Position numbers and translations under genes: made by a program
Shown: positions 1-12,687 of the stretch, in pieces
Numbering within the stretch: the stretch's first letter is position 1
Layout of the letters: every line of letters begins with the position of its first letter
Origin: Octopus sinensis
Taxonomy: Eukaryota
Reading direction: 5' to 3'
NCBI RefSeq assembly: GCF_006345805.1
Contig: NC_043005.1
Location: 54,064,001-54,128,000 of the forward strand
DNA: 64,000 nucleotides
The notes under the pieces: model-generated
The model's database searches: none
Told to the model about the DNA's origin: nothing
The model's input: only the letters and a program-made list of their open reading frames with translations

Positions 1-16
1 ACACACAGACACACCC

Positions 17-59
<43 letters not shown>

Positions 60-244
60 TAATATATATATACATATATACATACATAATATACATGTAT
101 ATTATATTATATTTCTAATGTATTATTTATATAAATAATATATATATATTATATATCTATACACATGTATATATATATATATATATATACATATATACAT
201 ACATATATACATGTATATTATATTATATTTCTAAATGTATTATT

Positions 245-282
<38 letters not shown>

Positions 283-874
283 ATTATATATATATATAAT
301 ATATATACATGTATATATATATATATATGTTCATGCATACAGATGTATACATACATATACATGCATACAAACAGATATCATGCACATATATATATATGTA
401 TGTTTACATTTGTGTGTATATATATATAATATATATATACATACATATGCATATATACATGTATATACGTATGTAGACAAACATGAAGTTGTTGATTAAT
501 AAAAAAAAAAAGCAGACAATATTTCTAGCTTTCCTTACATTGATAATGGCAAATATTAAACTACAAAAATATGAAAAAAGAAAAAAAGAAATAAATAGAT
601 AGCATTTACCAGAATATTGCAGATCATCAATCAAGCATAGAAGCAATATCATTTTAATCTCCAATATGAACATGAGCAATTTTAAATTGATATATTTACT
701 ATTTAAAATAAATGGAAAAAAAACACGCAAATGAAAAAAGATTGCCTAGCGTGGTTTCAATACGTATATTCGTGTATATCTCTCTATCTATCAATTTCTC
801 TCTCTCTCTCTACACACACATATATATCATGTGGATTGCATGCATATATCTACTTATGTATACGTATGTATGTG

Positions 875-912
<38 letters not shown>

Positions 913-1223
913 GTGATATATATATTCATGTATGTTTGTGTACATGTATATATATATATGTGTGTGTGCATATGCATGTGTGTATGTGTGTGTTTCTGTG
1001 TATATGTGTGTGGTTATATAGATAGACATAGATATAGACAGACAGAGATAGCTAGACAGATCTTGATATATATATATATATATCTTTACACACACACACA
1101 CACATAATATGTGTATATATATATATATATACAATCATATACATATATATATATATATACAAACATATACATATATATATATATATATACAAACATATAC
1201 ATATATATATATATAAACATATA

Positions 1224-1274
<51 letters not shown>

Positions 1275-1330
1275 TGCAGACATATATGCACACAAAAATA
1301 CATAAATACACAAACATGCATGTGTGCACA
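1..1330. repeat. (TA)n/(TG)n/(CA)n microsatellite mosaic; representative of many similar tracts (e.g. 3480-4090, 5816-6720, 26605-26900, 29330-29545, 31100-31560, 53480-53890)
   Basis: Dinucleotide repeats are directly visible; they explain the poly-YI/poly-CV ORFs of the six-frame track. Confidence 0.97.
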
Positions 1331-1992
1331 TGCGCATATATTTACAATGAACAAATTCTATTAAATTGTCTTTATGAAATATTTTTTTAACGATATTTCT
1401 CATCTGCAGCCGATTTTGTTCCTTTCTTGTAATTCTTTTAATATTTTTTTTTTTTTTCAAGAGGATATTTTTTCTATATTCCATTCTTAAAGTTTCCCAC
1501 TTATCTTGTCTGCATGCTGAACTATGCTACAATGAGTGAATGAGCACTGGAAGAATTTAAAGCAAAAATACACACAAAAAAAAGAAACAACTATAAAACC
1601 AACAGTAGCATCTCCTTAACCATAACAACTACCACCACCACCACCAACACCAACAACAAAAAACATACTTCAAACATATCCACATTGCATGAAACTGAGG
1701 AGAAGCAAATGGCTTACAGTCAAATTTAACCCTAGTATGTCTCAGATAGTTGTTTCAACACGAAAAGAGGAAAATCTAAGTCGTCCTCAGGATTGACTTA
1801 AAATCAGAATTTTAAGAGATGTAAATAATGATGATGGTGGTGGTGGTGGTAGTGGTGGAAGTCGTAGTAGTAGCAGCAGCAGCAGCAGAAGTAGTAGTAG
1901 TAGTAGTCATAATAATAATAACAACAATATTAATAATAGTAATAAAGGAGCTTTTGTGGTAGCAAACCATGAGACGTGGTTGGAATTCCTCC

Positions 1993-2030
<38 letters not shown>

Positions 2031-2045
2031 TAATAATAATAATAA

Positions 2046-2553
2046 GACAGTGGCCCTCATGGCTTCTCATCTTAACTGATTAGACATTGTTTTGTCTTGA
2101 TATAAAAGATGGTCTACAACAAATATTCTGTTCAATATCACAGATTTGCTTGTCAGTTGTTTGACCTTAACCAGTTGAGCATGTTCCCTAGTGGCTGACG
2201 ATATGTGTATCTCTGATCATGAGTAGAAGTAGTGGGAGAGCATCATAGCCATGTGCTGTGAGGAATTCTTTGGGGTTTGAATAATTTCCCTCTGGAAACA
2301 CAGGTGTTTCATTCAACATCATTAAACAACCTTTTGAATGGGATGGACTACTTGACCAGAAGAAAATTCTAACTAGGTCCCACCTGCAAGGTCATGAGCT
2401 GTTAATCTTGATATGAGATCACCATGTCACGCACATGTGGTTGTAATGCATGTACCTGGTGTACCCTTATCAGACGGGTAGCCATGATGGGTATACTGGG
2501 CTTGGTATATTTTACTCCAGTGTCACTTTGATGTATGCACTGCTCTCTCATTC
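2046..2553 (+). mobile_element. ~550-bp non-autonomous element with (TAA)n tail, inserted in a (TAA)n tract (family copy 1)
   Basis: Same sequence as 12131-12687(-), 27491-27908(+), 52480-52980(+) and 59180-59225(+). All share the 3' end ...GCACTGCTCTCTCA(C/T)TCA-(TAA)n and have variable 5' truncation. Confidence 0.85.
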
Positions 2554-2575
2554 AATAATAATAATAATAATAATG

Positions 2576-2625
<50 letters not shown>

Positions 2626-2629
2626 CATC

Positions 2630-2862
2630 CATTCTACTAAAGGCACAAGGTCTGAAATTGGGAAAGGAGGATAGTCGATTACATTGACCCCAGTACTCAA
2701 CTGGTACTTTTTTCCTCAACCCCAAAAGGATGAAAAGCAAAGTTGAACTCGGCGGAATTTGAACTCAGAGTGTAGTGGCAAGGTGCCATGCAGTGGGGAT
2801 TGAATGCAGAACCATGTATTTAGGAAGCAAACTTCTTACCACACAGCCATGCCTGCACCTAT
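2630..2862 (-). mobile_element. tRNA-derived SINE fragments (two families adjacent)
   Basis: Reverse complement of the GAGTTCAAATTCCGCCGAG...CTTTCATCCTTT family, followed by the head of the GGCTGTGTGGTAAG...CACCTTG family; both occur in many copies in the window. Confidence 0.8.
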
Positions 2863-2904
2863 ACTGGAATATTACACCAAAAAGGAGTTGAAGAAAAAAG
2901 AAGA

Positions 2905-3330
2905 TGGTACACACATCAGCCAGGAAATGTAATAGTGAACGTCCAACATATGGTTTGCTGGTATTTTAATGTACATACTCATCATGAACTTCATGCAAGT
3001 AAACCAGATATTATCGTTCTGGATAGGGGGAGAAAAGAGTTCATCATTATAGATGTGGTTAATTCTGCAGATGTGAATGTAATGGTCAAAGAACAGGCGA
3101 AAATAGGCAAATACCAGGATTTGGCTAGGGAAATATGAAGACTGTGAACGGTTTCTGCAAACATAATCCCAATTCTTATGGGTGCCATAGGTGCCATCAC
3201 CAACAGATTTGGCAGTTCCCTTATTGAAATTGGTGTAGCTACGTGAGCTGAATTAATTAAAAAATCTGCTTTATTGGGAACAGCAAGAATTGTAAGAAAA
3301 GTCCTCAATATCAAAGGACACTGGTTGTGA
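2905..3330 (+). pseudogene. Restriction-like endonuclease (RLE) C-terminus of an R4/Dong/NeSL-type non-LTR retrotransposon, degenerate
   Basis: One frame reads WYTHQPGNVIVN...CWYFNVHTHHELHASKPDIIVLDRGRKEFIIIDV...KEQAKIGKYQDLAREI*RL*TV..IIPILMGAIGAI...KKSALLGTARIVRKVL. It has the PD..D..K motif and the ALLGTARILRKVL-like end, with 3 in-frame stops. Confidence 0.88.
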
Positions 3331-3496
3331 CCTGGCTTCAAGAGCATTGATTCTGAATGTAAAACATTCATGCACACTATTTTATGTATATATATATATA
3401 TATAATCCAATATAATCCAGTATTCAGGTCAAGTGCTTCTCCAGAAATACATCAACTTCACATCCCCACCTGATCTTGTGTGATCTTATATATGTG

Positions 3497-3540
<44 letters not shown>

Positions 3541-3588
3541 GTATGTATGTATGTATGCATGCATGTATGTATGTATGTGTTTATGTAT

Positions 3589-3631
<43 letters not shown>

Positions 3632-3889
3632 ATATATACATGTATACATATATATATGTATATATATATATATGCATATATGTATATATATATATATGCA
3701 TATATGTATATATATATGTATATATGTGTGTGTGTATATATGTATATATAAATTCAAATTACAATGAACGTAAACAAAGTCTGATTTAGAAACATTGAGA
3801 TGTCTTAGAAAGTTAAAGAAGTGATTTAATTTTCTCAAACGCAGGATAATGCTAATATGTGTGTATATATATATGTGCATATATATATA

Positions 3890-3948
<59 letters not shown>

Positions 3949-3952
3949 GTTA

Positions 3953-4003
<51 letters not shown>

Positions 4004-4024
4004 TATGTTATGTATATATATGTG

Positions 4025-4067
<43 letters not shown>

Positions 4068-4303
4068 ATATATACATATATATACATATATAATATTTAA
4101 ATAGGTGATTGAATTATCCTATGTTTATCATCAGCATGGAAAATTCGTTTAACCGAAACCTGGGTAGCAAATTCACGTCAGAAACACGGTTGAAGCGACC
4201 TGTCCAAGGGTAGAAACTCCGGGTTCATGTGCAGAAATTTGTGTGTTGTATATGAATAAATGAAAGAATGGAGTCGAACGAAGATGTTAACAAAATTCCT
4301 TTA

Positions 4304-4385
4304 CTCTCGACATATGTTTCGAAGACAACATGTTTTCATTCCAAAGGAATAAAGGGTGCATTATGCAATCTTCTCATCAGGAAAG
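4304..4385 (-). ncRNA. Type I hammerhead ribozyme motif, canonical core
   Basis: Minus strand: CUUUC-CUGAUGA-GAAGA-(43 nt)-UCUUC-GAAA-CAUAUGU-C-GAGAG. Stem I is 5 bp, stem II is 5 bp, stem III is the palindrome ACAUAUGU, and the cleavage triplet is GUC. Confidence 0.85.
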
Positions 4386-4767
4386 AAAGGGAGCCTCTCT
4401 CGACAACAAGACAAACAAAAATTTCGATGACTGCTTACATGGTAAACAAAGCGATAATGAGTGTTTTTTTTTAAAGAAACCGTTAGAAGAATTGACGTCA
4501 AAGATAGATAGTAGGAAGATAAGGGTTAAAGGAATAATAGGTAGGGAACAAGTGGAGAGGGAAGGGTACGTTGATTGAAAGAATGTTCGAAGGCTTAGGA
4601 AAGAATTTCGCTATAGAAGTGGGGTGGACGTAAAGCTAATTGTTCAAACCACAGTGACTATCATTATCATTTATATGAGTAGAAAGTATGTTTCTGCCAG
4701 TGTTTACATTTGTATGATTTTTCTATGAGTGTGTTTACTAGGGGAACCTTAGAGAAGAGAATATGGA

Positions 4768-4875
4768 AGAGTTCAGAGTTACAAATGTTACAAAATCTCC
4801 TGCCCTTATCAAAAGGAAAGGATACATACAGTATGAACCAAGGGCAGGATTTGTAACATTTGAACTCTGAACTCT
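4768..4875. repeat. ~38-bp inverted repeat with ~32-nt spacer (hairpin / micro-MITE)
   Basis: AGAGTTCAGAGTTACAAATGTTACAAAATCTCCTGCCCTT pairs with AAGGGCAGGATTTGTAACATTTGAACTCTGAACTCT with a few small indels. Confidence 0.8.
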
Positions 4876-4899
4876 TATATATATATATATATATATATA

Positions 4900-4936
<37 letters not shown>

Positions 4937-4979
4937 TTGTACTCTGAAGTCTGTATATATATACATATATATATATATA

Positions 4980-5205
4980 TAACGGGAAAGTTTACGAAAA
5001 TAAACAAAAGACGAAGGCAGGTAGAGCACAAACAAACAAATGTATTAGTATAGCGCTCAGGAATAGAAATACAAAAAGTCTTTTACGTTTCGAGCCTATG
5101 CTCTTCGACAGAAAGATACACAGAAAAAAAACATGGAGAGAAAAAGAAGAGAGAAAAAAAATGCGTGTAGGAGCTAACGATCTATCATGGCGTCCTGACT
5201 ATATA
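4980..5205 (-). mobile_element. Penelope-like terminal (pLTR-like) fragment; homologous to 26410-26605(+)
   Basis: Reverse-complement match to 26410-26605 (CCACCTGCCTTCGTCTTTTGTTTATTTTC, CCTGAGCGC, CTCGAAACGTAAAA); carries a hammerhead-like motif. The PLE assignment is inferred. Confidence 0.6.
5079..5116 (-). ncRNA. Minimal hammerhead-like variant (CUGUCGA core, extra A, ACGU stem III)
   Basis: UCUUU-CUGUCGA-A-GAGC-AUAG-GCUC-GAAA-CGU-A-AAAGA; the stem I and stem II pairings are perfect. Confidence 0.55.
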
Positions 5206-5406
5206 TATACATTTTTCTTGAGAACACACTCTTTGTGGTAATGGCGATTTGACGTCTATGTTTAGCATATAGGGTGTCCACTTTAGGGGTCATTCCTCTA
5301 AATTTTGTATGTGACACAATTTGTAATATCCAGATTTTTAAATATGCTAACCCACTGGTTTTAATTGATTAACATCATTTTCTACCCTTATTATCTAACT
5401 TCATAT

Positions 5407-5917
<511 letters not shown>

Positions 5918-6274
5918 GAGAGAAAGAGAGACAGACACCCACACATACGTAGTGAGAGAGATTAATGAGAGGGAGGAAAGAAGAGAAAGGGAGAGGGTGC
6001 ATGAGACTATCAGATTCAGTGAGAGACATGGCAAGAAGGAGAGAGAGAGATAATTAAATGTAAAAATATACGAATTAAATTTCATACTTGTAGTCAAATG
6101 GAATACATAGGAATGATCAATTTAATAAACATTGTAACCTCTTTTTGAACTGCAAGTATTTTATTATATTAATGTATTTCTGAATAAAATCACACAAGCA
6201 AACTAAATGAGCCATGAAGGGGAAAATTATATGAGTGGCAAGAAGAAGAATAAAGGAACTATTATGTATGTATG

Positions 6275-6332
<58 letters not shown>

Positions 6333-6518
6333 TATATATATATAATATATATATATATACTTGCATATATATACATACACACACACACACATATATATAT
6401 ATATACATATACATACATATACATATATATACATATATATATCTACATATATATACATATACATATATATACATATATATGTATGTAATTATGTATGTAT
6501 GTGCATATGTATATATGC

Positions 6519-6549
<31 letters not shown>

Positions 6550-6622
6550 GTGTGTGTGTGTGCGTTTGATCATATATATGTATATATGGATGTTTGTATG
6601 TGTGCAGATATGCATGCTTCTA

Positions 6623-6660
<38 letters not shown>

Positions 6661-6995
6661 GTGTGTGTGTGTGTGTGTGTGTGTATGTGCATATTTACAT
6701 GTATGTATGTGAGTCAGAATGCACACAGGCACTGTTTATGTTGGACTGGACACCTTGTTCTATATGAATGACCAGAGAATCAAGAAGCAGATGCTACATG
6801 GTTAAACTTGTGTGTGGAAAGCTCACCTAGCAGAAACCAAGACTACTATCAAAGTTATGTGTCAAATCCTTGTTGAAGGCATTTAAAATAAGGAAGGTCA
6901 ACTGGTAAATCGCTGCCTATCATCGTCATCAGTCGAAGAAATAAGTGAAGTCATAAGTAGAATAAAAATAAACCTGCATTTTTCGTATGGAATTT

Positions 6996-8653
6996 ATAAA
7001 CAGTAAAAACAAACGATGAGGGCTGTTAAGAAAAGACTATGGAAAGATTATTCTGTACGTTTAAGGAGACGAGCTTATGAAAAAACAGTATAAGCCCGTT
7101 TAGTCTTTGCGGAGGTAATAGTCAGAAGGATGGATTCCCTCTCGTCACGTGTCAGCGACGAGAGAGTCGAGGAGGAAGAGTGAGACAGAGGGACCGGTGA
7201 ATTGGGAGAAGAGAAAAATAGGGAAGGGTGAGAGAGAAAACCAGAAAGGATGAAGAACAAGAGAGGGAGAAAGATAGACAGAGAAGAGATAGTAAAGATA
7301 GGAGAGTGCGCATCATAATTATTACTTGGAAAAGGATGCGTGGTGTTCGATCATATAATAATATAAATAATGTATAAATATATGCATATATACATACCTA
7401 CATATATATGTATATCACGTGATCACGTGACCAACCAGACCGTCAGATGTTGTTACACATCGCTGGTCACAATGCGTTCGCATTGTTTTTAGCCTTCGAA
7501 TGACGCCACCCCGCTGGCTAAGCGAGCAGGCCAGCAGACGAAAGAGTGAGAGAAAGAGTGGTGAAAGAGTACAGCAGGGATCACCACCCCCTGCCGGAGC
7601 GACGAGGAGCTTTCAGGTGTTTTCGCTCAATAAACACACACAACGCCCGGTCTGGGAATCGAAACCGCGATCCTACGCCTCCATATATGTATATATACAT
7701 GCATATATGGGTACAATACATAAAAAAAAAACGTTGAACACAATGAGAAACGAAAACATAAAAACAAAAACATAAAAACGAACTTTTTTTCGGACAACGA
7801 ATAATATATTATTTATATTATTATATGATCGAACACCACGCATCCTTTTCCAAGTAAGTTTTATCTTAATAATTACAATGCGCATTCTTCTTCTTTACTA
7901 TCTCTTCTCTGTCTGTCTCTCTCCCTCTCTTGTTCTTCATCCTTTCTGGTTTTCTCTCCCACCCTTCACTATTCTTCTCCTCTTCCCTTCACCGTTCCCT
8001 CTCTCACTCCTCTTCCTCGACTCTCTCGTCGCTGACACGTGACGAGAGGGAATCCATGTTTCTGACTACTACCTCCGCAAAGACTAAAGGGGCTTATACC
8101 GTCTCTTTATAAGCTCGTCCCCCTAAACGTTCAGAATAATTTTTCCATTGTTTTGACTTAACAACCCTCATCGTTTGTTTTTATTGTTTTCTTCTCATTG
8201 TTCTGTCTTTTACTGTTTTTACTTTTTTATTGTTTTTACTGTTTTGTTCTCACTGTCCTGTTCTTGTTACCACTTACACCCTCTGCAAAATATCCCAAAT
8301 TTTGTTTAATTTGCTTTGCGAGAAGGACTGTTTCAACGAAGTCGTGTCTTGTCCTTATCTTCGAAACTTGGAGTAATTGAAACAGGGACAACTGAAGAAG
8401 GAGAATATTCTTTATGTTGTATGTCATGTTTGTTTGTTTTTTTGTCCAAAAAAAGTTCGTTTCTATGTTTTTGTTTTTATGTTTTCGTTTCTCATTGTGT
8501 TCAACGTTTTTTCTATGTCTTGTACCCATATATGCATGTATACATACATATATATGTAGGTATGTACATATCTGTATGTATATATATATGCATATATTTA
8601 TATATTATTATGTGATCGAACACCACGCATCCTTTTCCAAGTAAGTTTTATCT
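6996..8653. mobile_element. Head-to-head inverted pair of a ~790-bp repeat unit with a 41-bp terminal direct repeat (PLE/retrozyme-like)
   Basis: 7818-8200 is the reverse complement of 6996-7362, and 8445-8560 of 7681-7800. TGATCGAACACCACGCATCCTTTTCCAAGTAAGTTTTATCT occurs at 7826-7866 and 8613-8653, and is inverted in part at 7322-7353. Confidence 0.7.
7405..7682 (-). mobile_element. tRNA-derived SINE inserted in the left repeat unit
   Basis: The minus strand starts GGAGGCGTAGGATCGCGGTTTCGATTCCCAGACCGG (B-box-like) followed by a SINE body. Confidence 0.7.
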
Positions 8654-8759
8654 ATATACAAAATACATTTATATAGACAAATATATGCATATGTATATAT
8701 GTATGTGCATATGTATGTATATATATATAAATCAAAAATCAAAGAATCAAATCAAAATC

Positions 8760-8840
8760 GATGAACATCAATGGAATTTGTAGTTTTGTGGTACCAGTGC
8801 CGGTGGCACATAAGAAAACCATCCGAACGATGATGATGAT
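8760..8840 (+). mobile_element. Short RTE 3'-UTR fragment with (GAT)n tail
   Basis: GTGCCGGTGGCACATAAGAAAACCATCCGAACGATGATGAT matches the 3' UTR repeat unit at 33700-34200. Confidence 0.75.
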
Positions 8841-9419
8841 ATATATATATACAAATATATATACAAATATATAAAATACATAATTTGAAATTAATAGCCA
8901 TGCTTGCACAAGCAAAATTCACTAACATTTTAATGCAAAATCCTGTTCTCTCAAAGCAAAAAGTACAAGTAACTATTCATTACCCATGGTTGCCTGGAAA
9001 TGCAAAGCCAAAGCTATTTTGCCCTTAAGGTACAAAATCTAACATCCAGTCAGAATGAACACCAATGGTAAAAGTAAACTATTTGGGCTTGGGCAGATCA
9101 GAATGTAGTACTGGGGCAAAGTTGCTTAGGGCAGATGATATAAACAAAATGTGAAAACATCCAGTATTATTATATACCTTGATTGGCTTGGACAGTCTCA
9201 TGTAAAGTTCTCATACAAAAACATATATATATGTTTCCACTTGATGTGGTGTATGCATGTATGTGTGAGATTAGAGGAGGGGAACAAACAAAAGAAAGAG
9301 AGTGAGGGAAGTAGATGCATAGGTAGGGAAATGAGGTAAGGTGAAGAAAAGAATGAAGAAGTGAAAGGGGAATGTATTTGTGCGTTGAATAGAAATAGGA
9401 AAGAAAACCTGGAGTCCTT

Positions 9420-10655
9420 GTTGCTATGTGGGACTCAACTAGTTCATTTAAATGTATTTTTACTCATGAGAGCAGTGTGTTATTTTTTCTTTTCCTTTTA
9501 TTTTTTCTTTGTAGTTCAAAGAAATCTCTGTGGGTGAGATTTTTCAATCAGGATCCTATGCTTTTCTGCCAAACAAATCCTGCACCTCATGGTGCTTTTA
9601 AATGCAGTCTGCATTTCTCAACATCCAGTTGGTCTCATAGGATGCAACCTTTTAATTCAACAATCAACAACCAAATATGTCTGGTTCATGTCATGATGTT
9701 TCACTTTTCTGAAATCTCAAAGAATCTATGTGATCATTCTGTAAGCTATTTGGTAATCATCAGATATAAAACCACATGAAGCAGAAATTCTTGTGCCTAG
9801 AAAAAAAATCACAGTTTTCTAGTGATGGCAGATGTCTGGTATGATGTCTTAGGCAGAATATATATTTTCAGCAAAATTTTTACGTTATTTCTGAAGAAAA
9901 GTTTGTCAAAGTTTTTTTAATGAACGGTGTCATTAGTCACTTAATTGGTAATTAGAAAAATAGATATAACGAGCACTATTAACAGCTAAAGGTATTAATT
10001 GAGAATTAGATTTAGATCCTATTTTTAAGATCGAAAATATATGCTGAAACATATGCAGCTGAATAGCAAAACATTGAGAAGATTCCGAATACAGATGACC
10101 CAGAAATAAGATTAAAAATCATTTAGTCAATGTAATACTTCATGTAGCTATTAATTCTTTATCAGTGAGTTTTGAACAACTACAAAGTTTCAATAATATA
10201 TAGGAAGTTTTAAATAACATAAAAGATTTGCTCGATAAAAATAAACTGCGATTAGCATGTCAAGGCTTGGAGAATAAGTTAAAGTACCAAGAAATAGTGA
10301 TATTAACGGATGTGATCTCTCGACTGAACTCAATATTGTAAAAGAATTATTTCCTGAAGATGTAAAGCTTCCGATGGAAGCCGTTAGATTCATCAGCAGT
10401 AATAAGTTACAGGATGTCATGCCAAATCTGTGGGTTGCATTAAGAAAAATGATTATGATATCTATAACTGTGGCCATGAGAGAGAGAAGCTTTAGTAAAC
10501 TAAAGTTTATGAAGATATATTTACGGTCATACCTGACACAAGACAGATTAAATTCTTTAGCAATTTTGTCAATAGAAAATGATATTGTAACAAATAGAGA
10601 TATATAAAGTGTTATGAAAACATTTCCAGATCTAAAGATGAGAAAAGTGTTTTAG
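9420..10655 (+). pseudogene. hAT transposase relic including the C-terminal dimerization domain
   Basis: PNLWVALRKMIMISITVAMRERSFSKLKFMKIYLRSYLTQDRLNSLAILSIEND resembles the hATC consensus (ERSFSKLK..K.YLRS...QDRLN.LAILSIE). Upstream VWYDVLGRI is similar to hAT cores. Multiple stops and frameshifts; the 5' boundary is approximate. Confidence 0.85.
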
Positions 10656-11340
10656 CAAGGATAATTTATGCTTTCAGCAGCTGTTCTGTGGTCATATTCT
10701 TTAATTTATAAGGAGAAAATTCATTACATGTATAAGAGATCAAAGACACCTTTGAACATTCTTTCGTTTACTCATCTTCTATTTAGTGTATGCTAGTAAA
10801 AAAATGTATCAAGATTTTTGCCAGCAATGTGCATATAGTCTCTCTCTCTCTCCCTCTCTCTCTCTCTCCCTCTCTCTCTCTCTCCCTCTCTCTCTCTCTC
10901 TCCTCTCCCCCTCTCTCTTCTTCCCTTGTCATATATTAATTAAGGCATTCAAAATTTTGGCAGAGCTTTTGACTTTGTATATTAAAATAAACATTCTATT
11001 TGTACATTTGCCATTTCACCTCCCAGTGAAAATGTCTAAATATCACACATGCTAGAACACTAAAATTAAGCTGTTCCGGGATGTCAGAAACCCCATGGCT
11101 TCTTGGTCGTTTCTGTCTCCTCCCTGCTAGAAATAACGGCGAAGACTTTCAAACCATGCAATACAGACACAAAAACGTAAAATAATGGACAGTCCAAACA
11201 AAGATATACAAAACGACTGGATTATGATAGAATGAATACCTTTTCATTTGAGGTAGTTGGATTAAGACAGACCTACAGCTAAACAATTGTAACAATGAAC
11301 AGTGATCACAATGATTTTAGGGAGACTGCTGTATCTAACT

Positions 11341-11685
11341 CGAGGGTTCTCAACCATTTTTTATCTATGGACCCTTTTGATTATTATTTTAATCTGGTGG
11401 ACCCCATAGCTATTCGATATTTACAAACTAGTTTTATAGAAGCTCCTTTCAAAATTCCTATTTTGTTTTCACATATCAACTTGTGTAGGTTGAACTACGT
11501 AAAATGTTAGAGAAAGAAACCTAGCTGTTTCTTGCAATACATACCGATACATACATCTAAAACCAAATTTTTTTAGGGTCCTTTAAAATACTATTGTGAT
11601 TTCTCAATTTACTAATTTGCTGCATGAATCCCAACACCCTATATGGATCTTCAGGGCCAATATGAACCCTGGATGAGAAGCATTG
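11341..11685. mobile_element. hAT (Charlie-like) MITE with 8-bp target-site duplication
   Basis: TIRs CGAGGGTTCTCAACC / GGATGAGAAGCATTG; an identical ATCTAACT lies at 11333-11340 and 11686-11693. Confidence 0.8.
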
Positions 11686-12074
11686 ATCTAACTGATCTTT
11701 AACTCATTTTTTAATCAGCAGTTCCTTTGTGGCCACTAATTTCGACCTATCACTCTATGACAGAGAGAAAGCTGATAGAACTATTGGTTAGGTAAAGGAT
11801 AGATAAAAGACATTTTGTGACAAGATGCCACAAAATGGAACTGAACATGGAATTTCTTGATTTTGAAGCAAAATTCTTAATTGCTCAGTCAGACCTACAA
11901 CTATCATCACCCACATGAAAGCAGTTGTGCTGAATATCCTATACAAATAATACTCATATAATGCTGATTAACATGCAATTATGCAGCAAATTTTCCCATC
12001 ATATTTTTTACATTCCTACTACCATATTTTATCCTTCCACTATTTTTTGCCAACAAACTGTATTATTGCTATTA

Positions 12075-12130
<56 letters not shown>

Positions 12131-12687
12131 GAGTGAGAGAGCAGTTCATGCCATCAAAGTGACACTGGGGTAAAATATACGAAGCCCAATATACCCATCA
12201 TGACTACCCGTCTGATAAGGGTACACCAGGCACATGCATCAGAACCATATGTGCACGACATGGTGATCTCATATCAAGATAAACAGCACATGACCTTGCA
12301 GGTGGGGCCCAGTTAGAATTTTCTTCAGGTTGAGTAGCTCATCCCACTCAAACGGTCCCTGAATAAGGGTTGTTTAAGGATGTTGAAAAAACCACCCATG
12401 TTTCCAGAGCTGAATTATTCAAACCCCAAAAAATCCCTCTCAACACATGGCTATGATGCCCTCCCCCCACTACTTCTGCTCGTGATCAGAGATGCACATA
12501 TCGTCAGCCACTAAGGGACGTGCTCAACTGGTTAAGGTCAAACAACTGACAAGCAAATCTGTGGTATTGAGCAGAATATTTGCTGTAGCCCATCTTTTAT
12601 ACCAAGACAAAACAATGTACATGATAACACTTCCAATCAGTTAAGATCAGAAGCCATAAGAGCCACTGCCTGGTACTGCATCAGAAC
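12131..12687 (-). mobile_element. Longest copy of the (TAA)n-associated ~550-bp element
   Basis: Reverse complement of 2046-2553; flanked by (ATT)n on both sides. Confidence 0.88.

Noticed and set aside
6900-6940. Minus-strand CTGATGA with weak flanking complementarity
   Set aside because: It lacks GAAA (CGATTT instead) and a cleavage triplet.
12630-12665. Faint resemblance of the element's 5' part (CTGATCTTAACTGATTGG) to antisense U2 snRNA
   Set aside because: The match is short and gapped in AT-rich sequence, so it cannot be distinguished from chance without alignment statistics.
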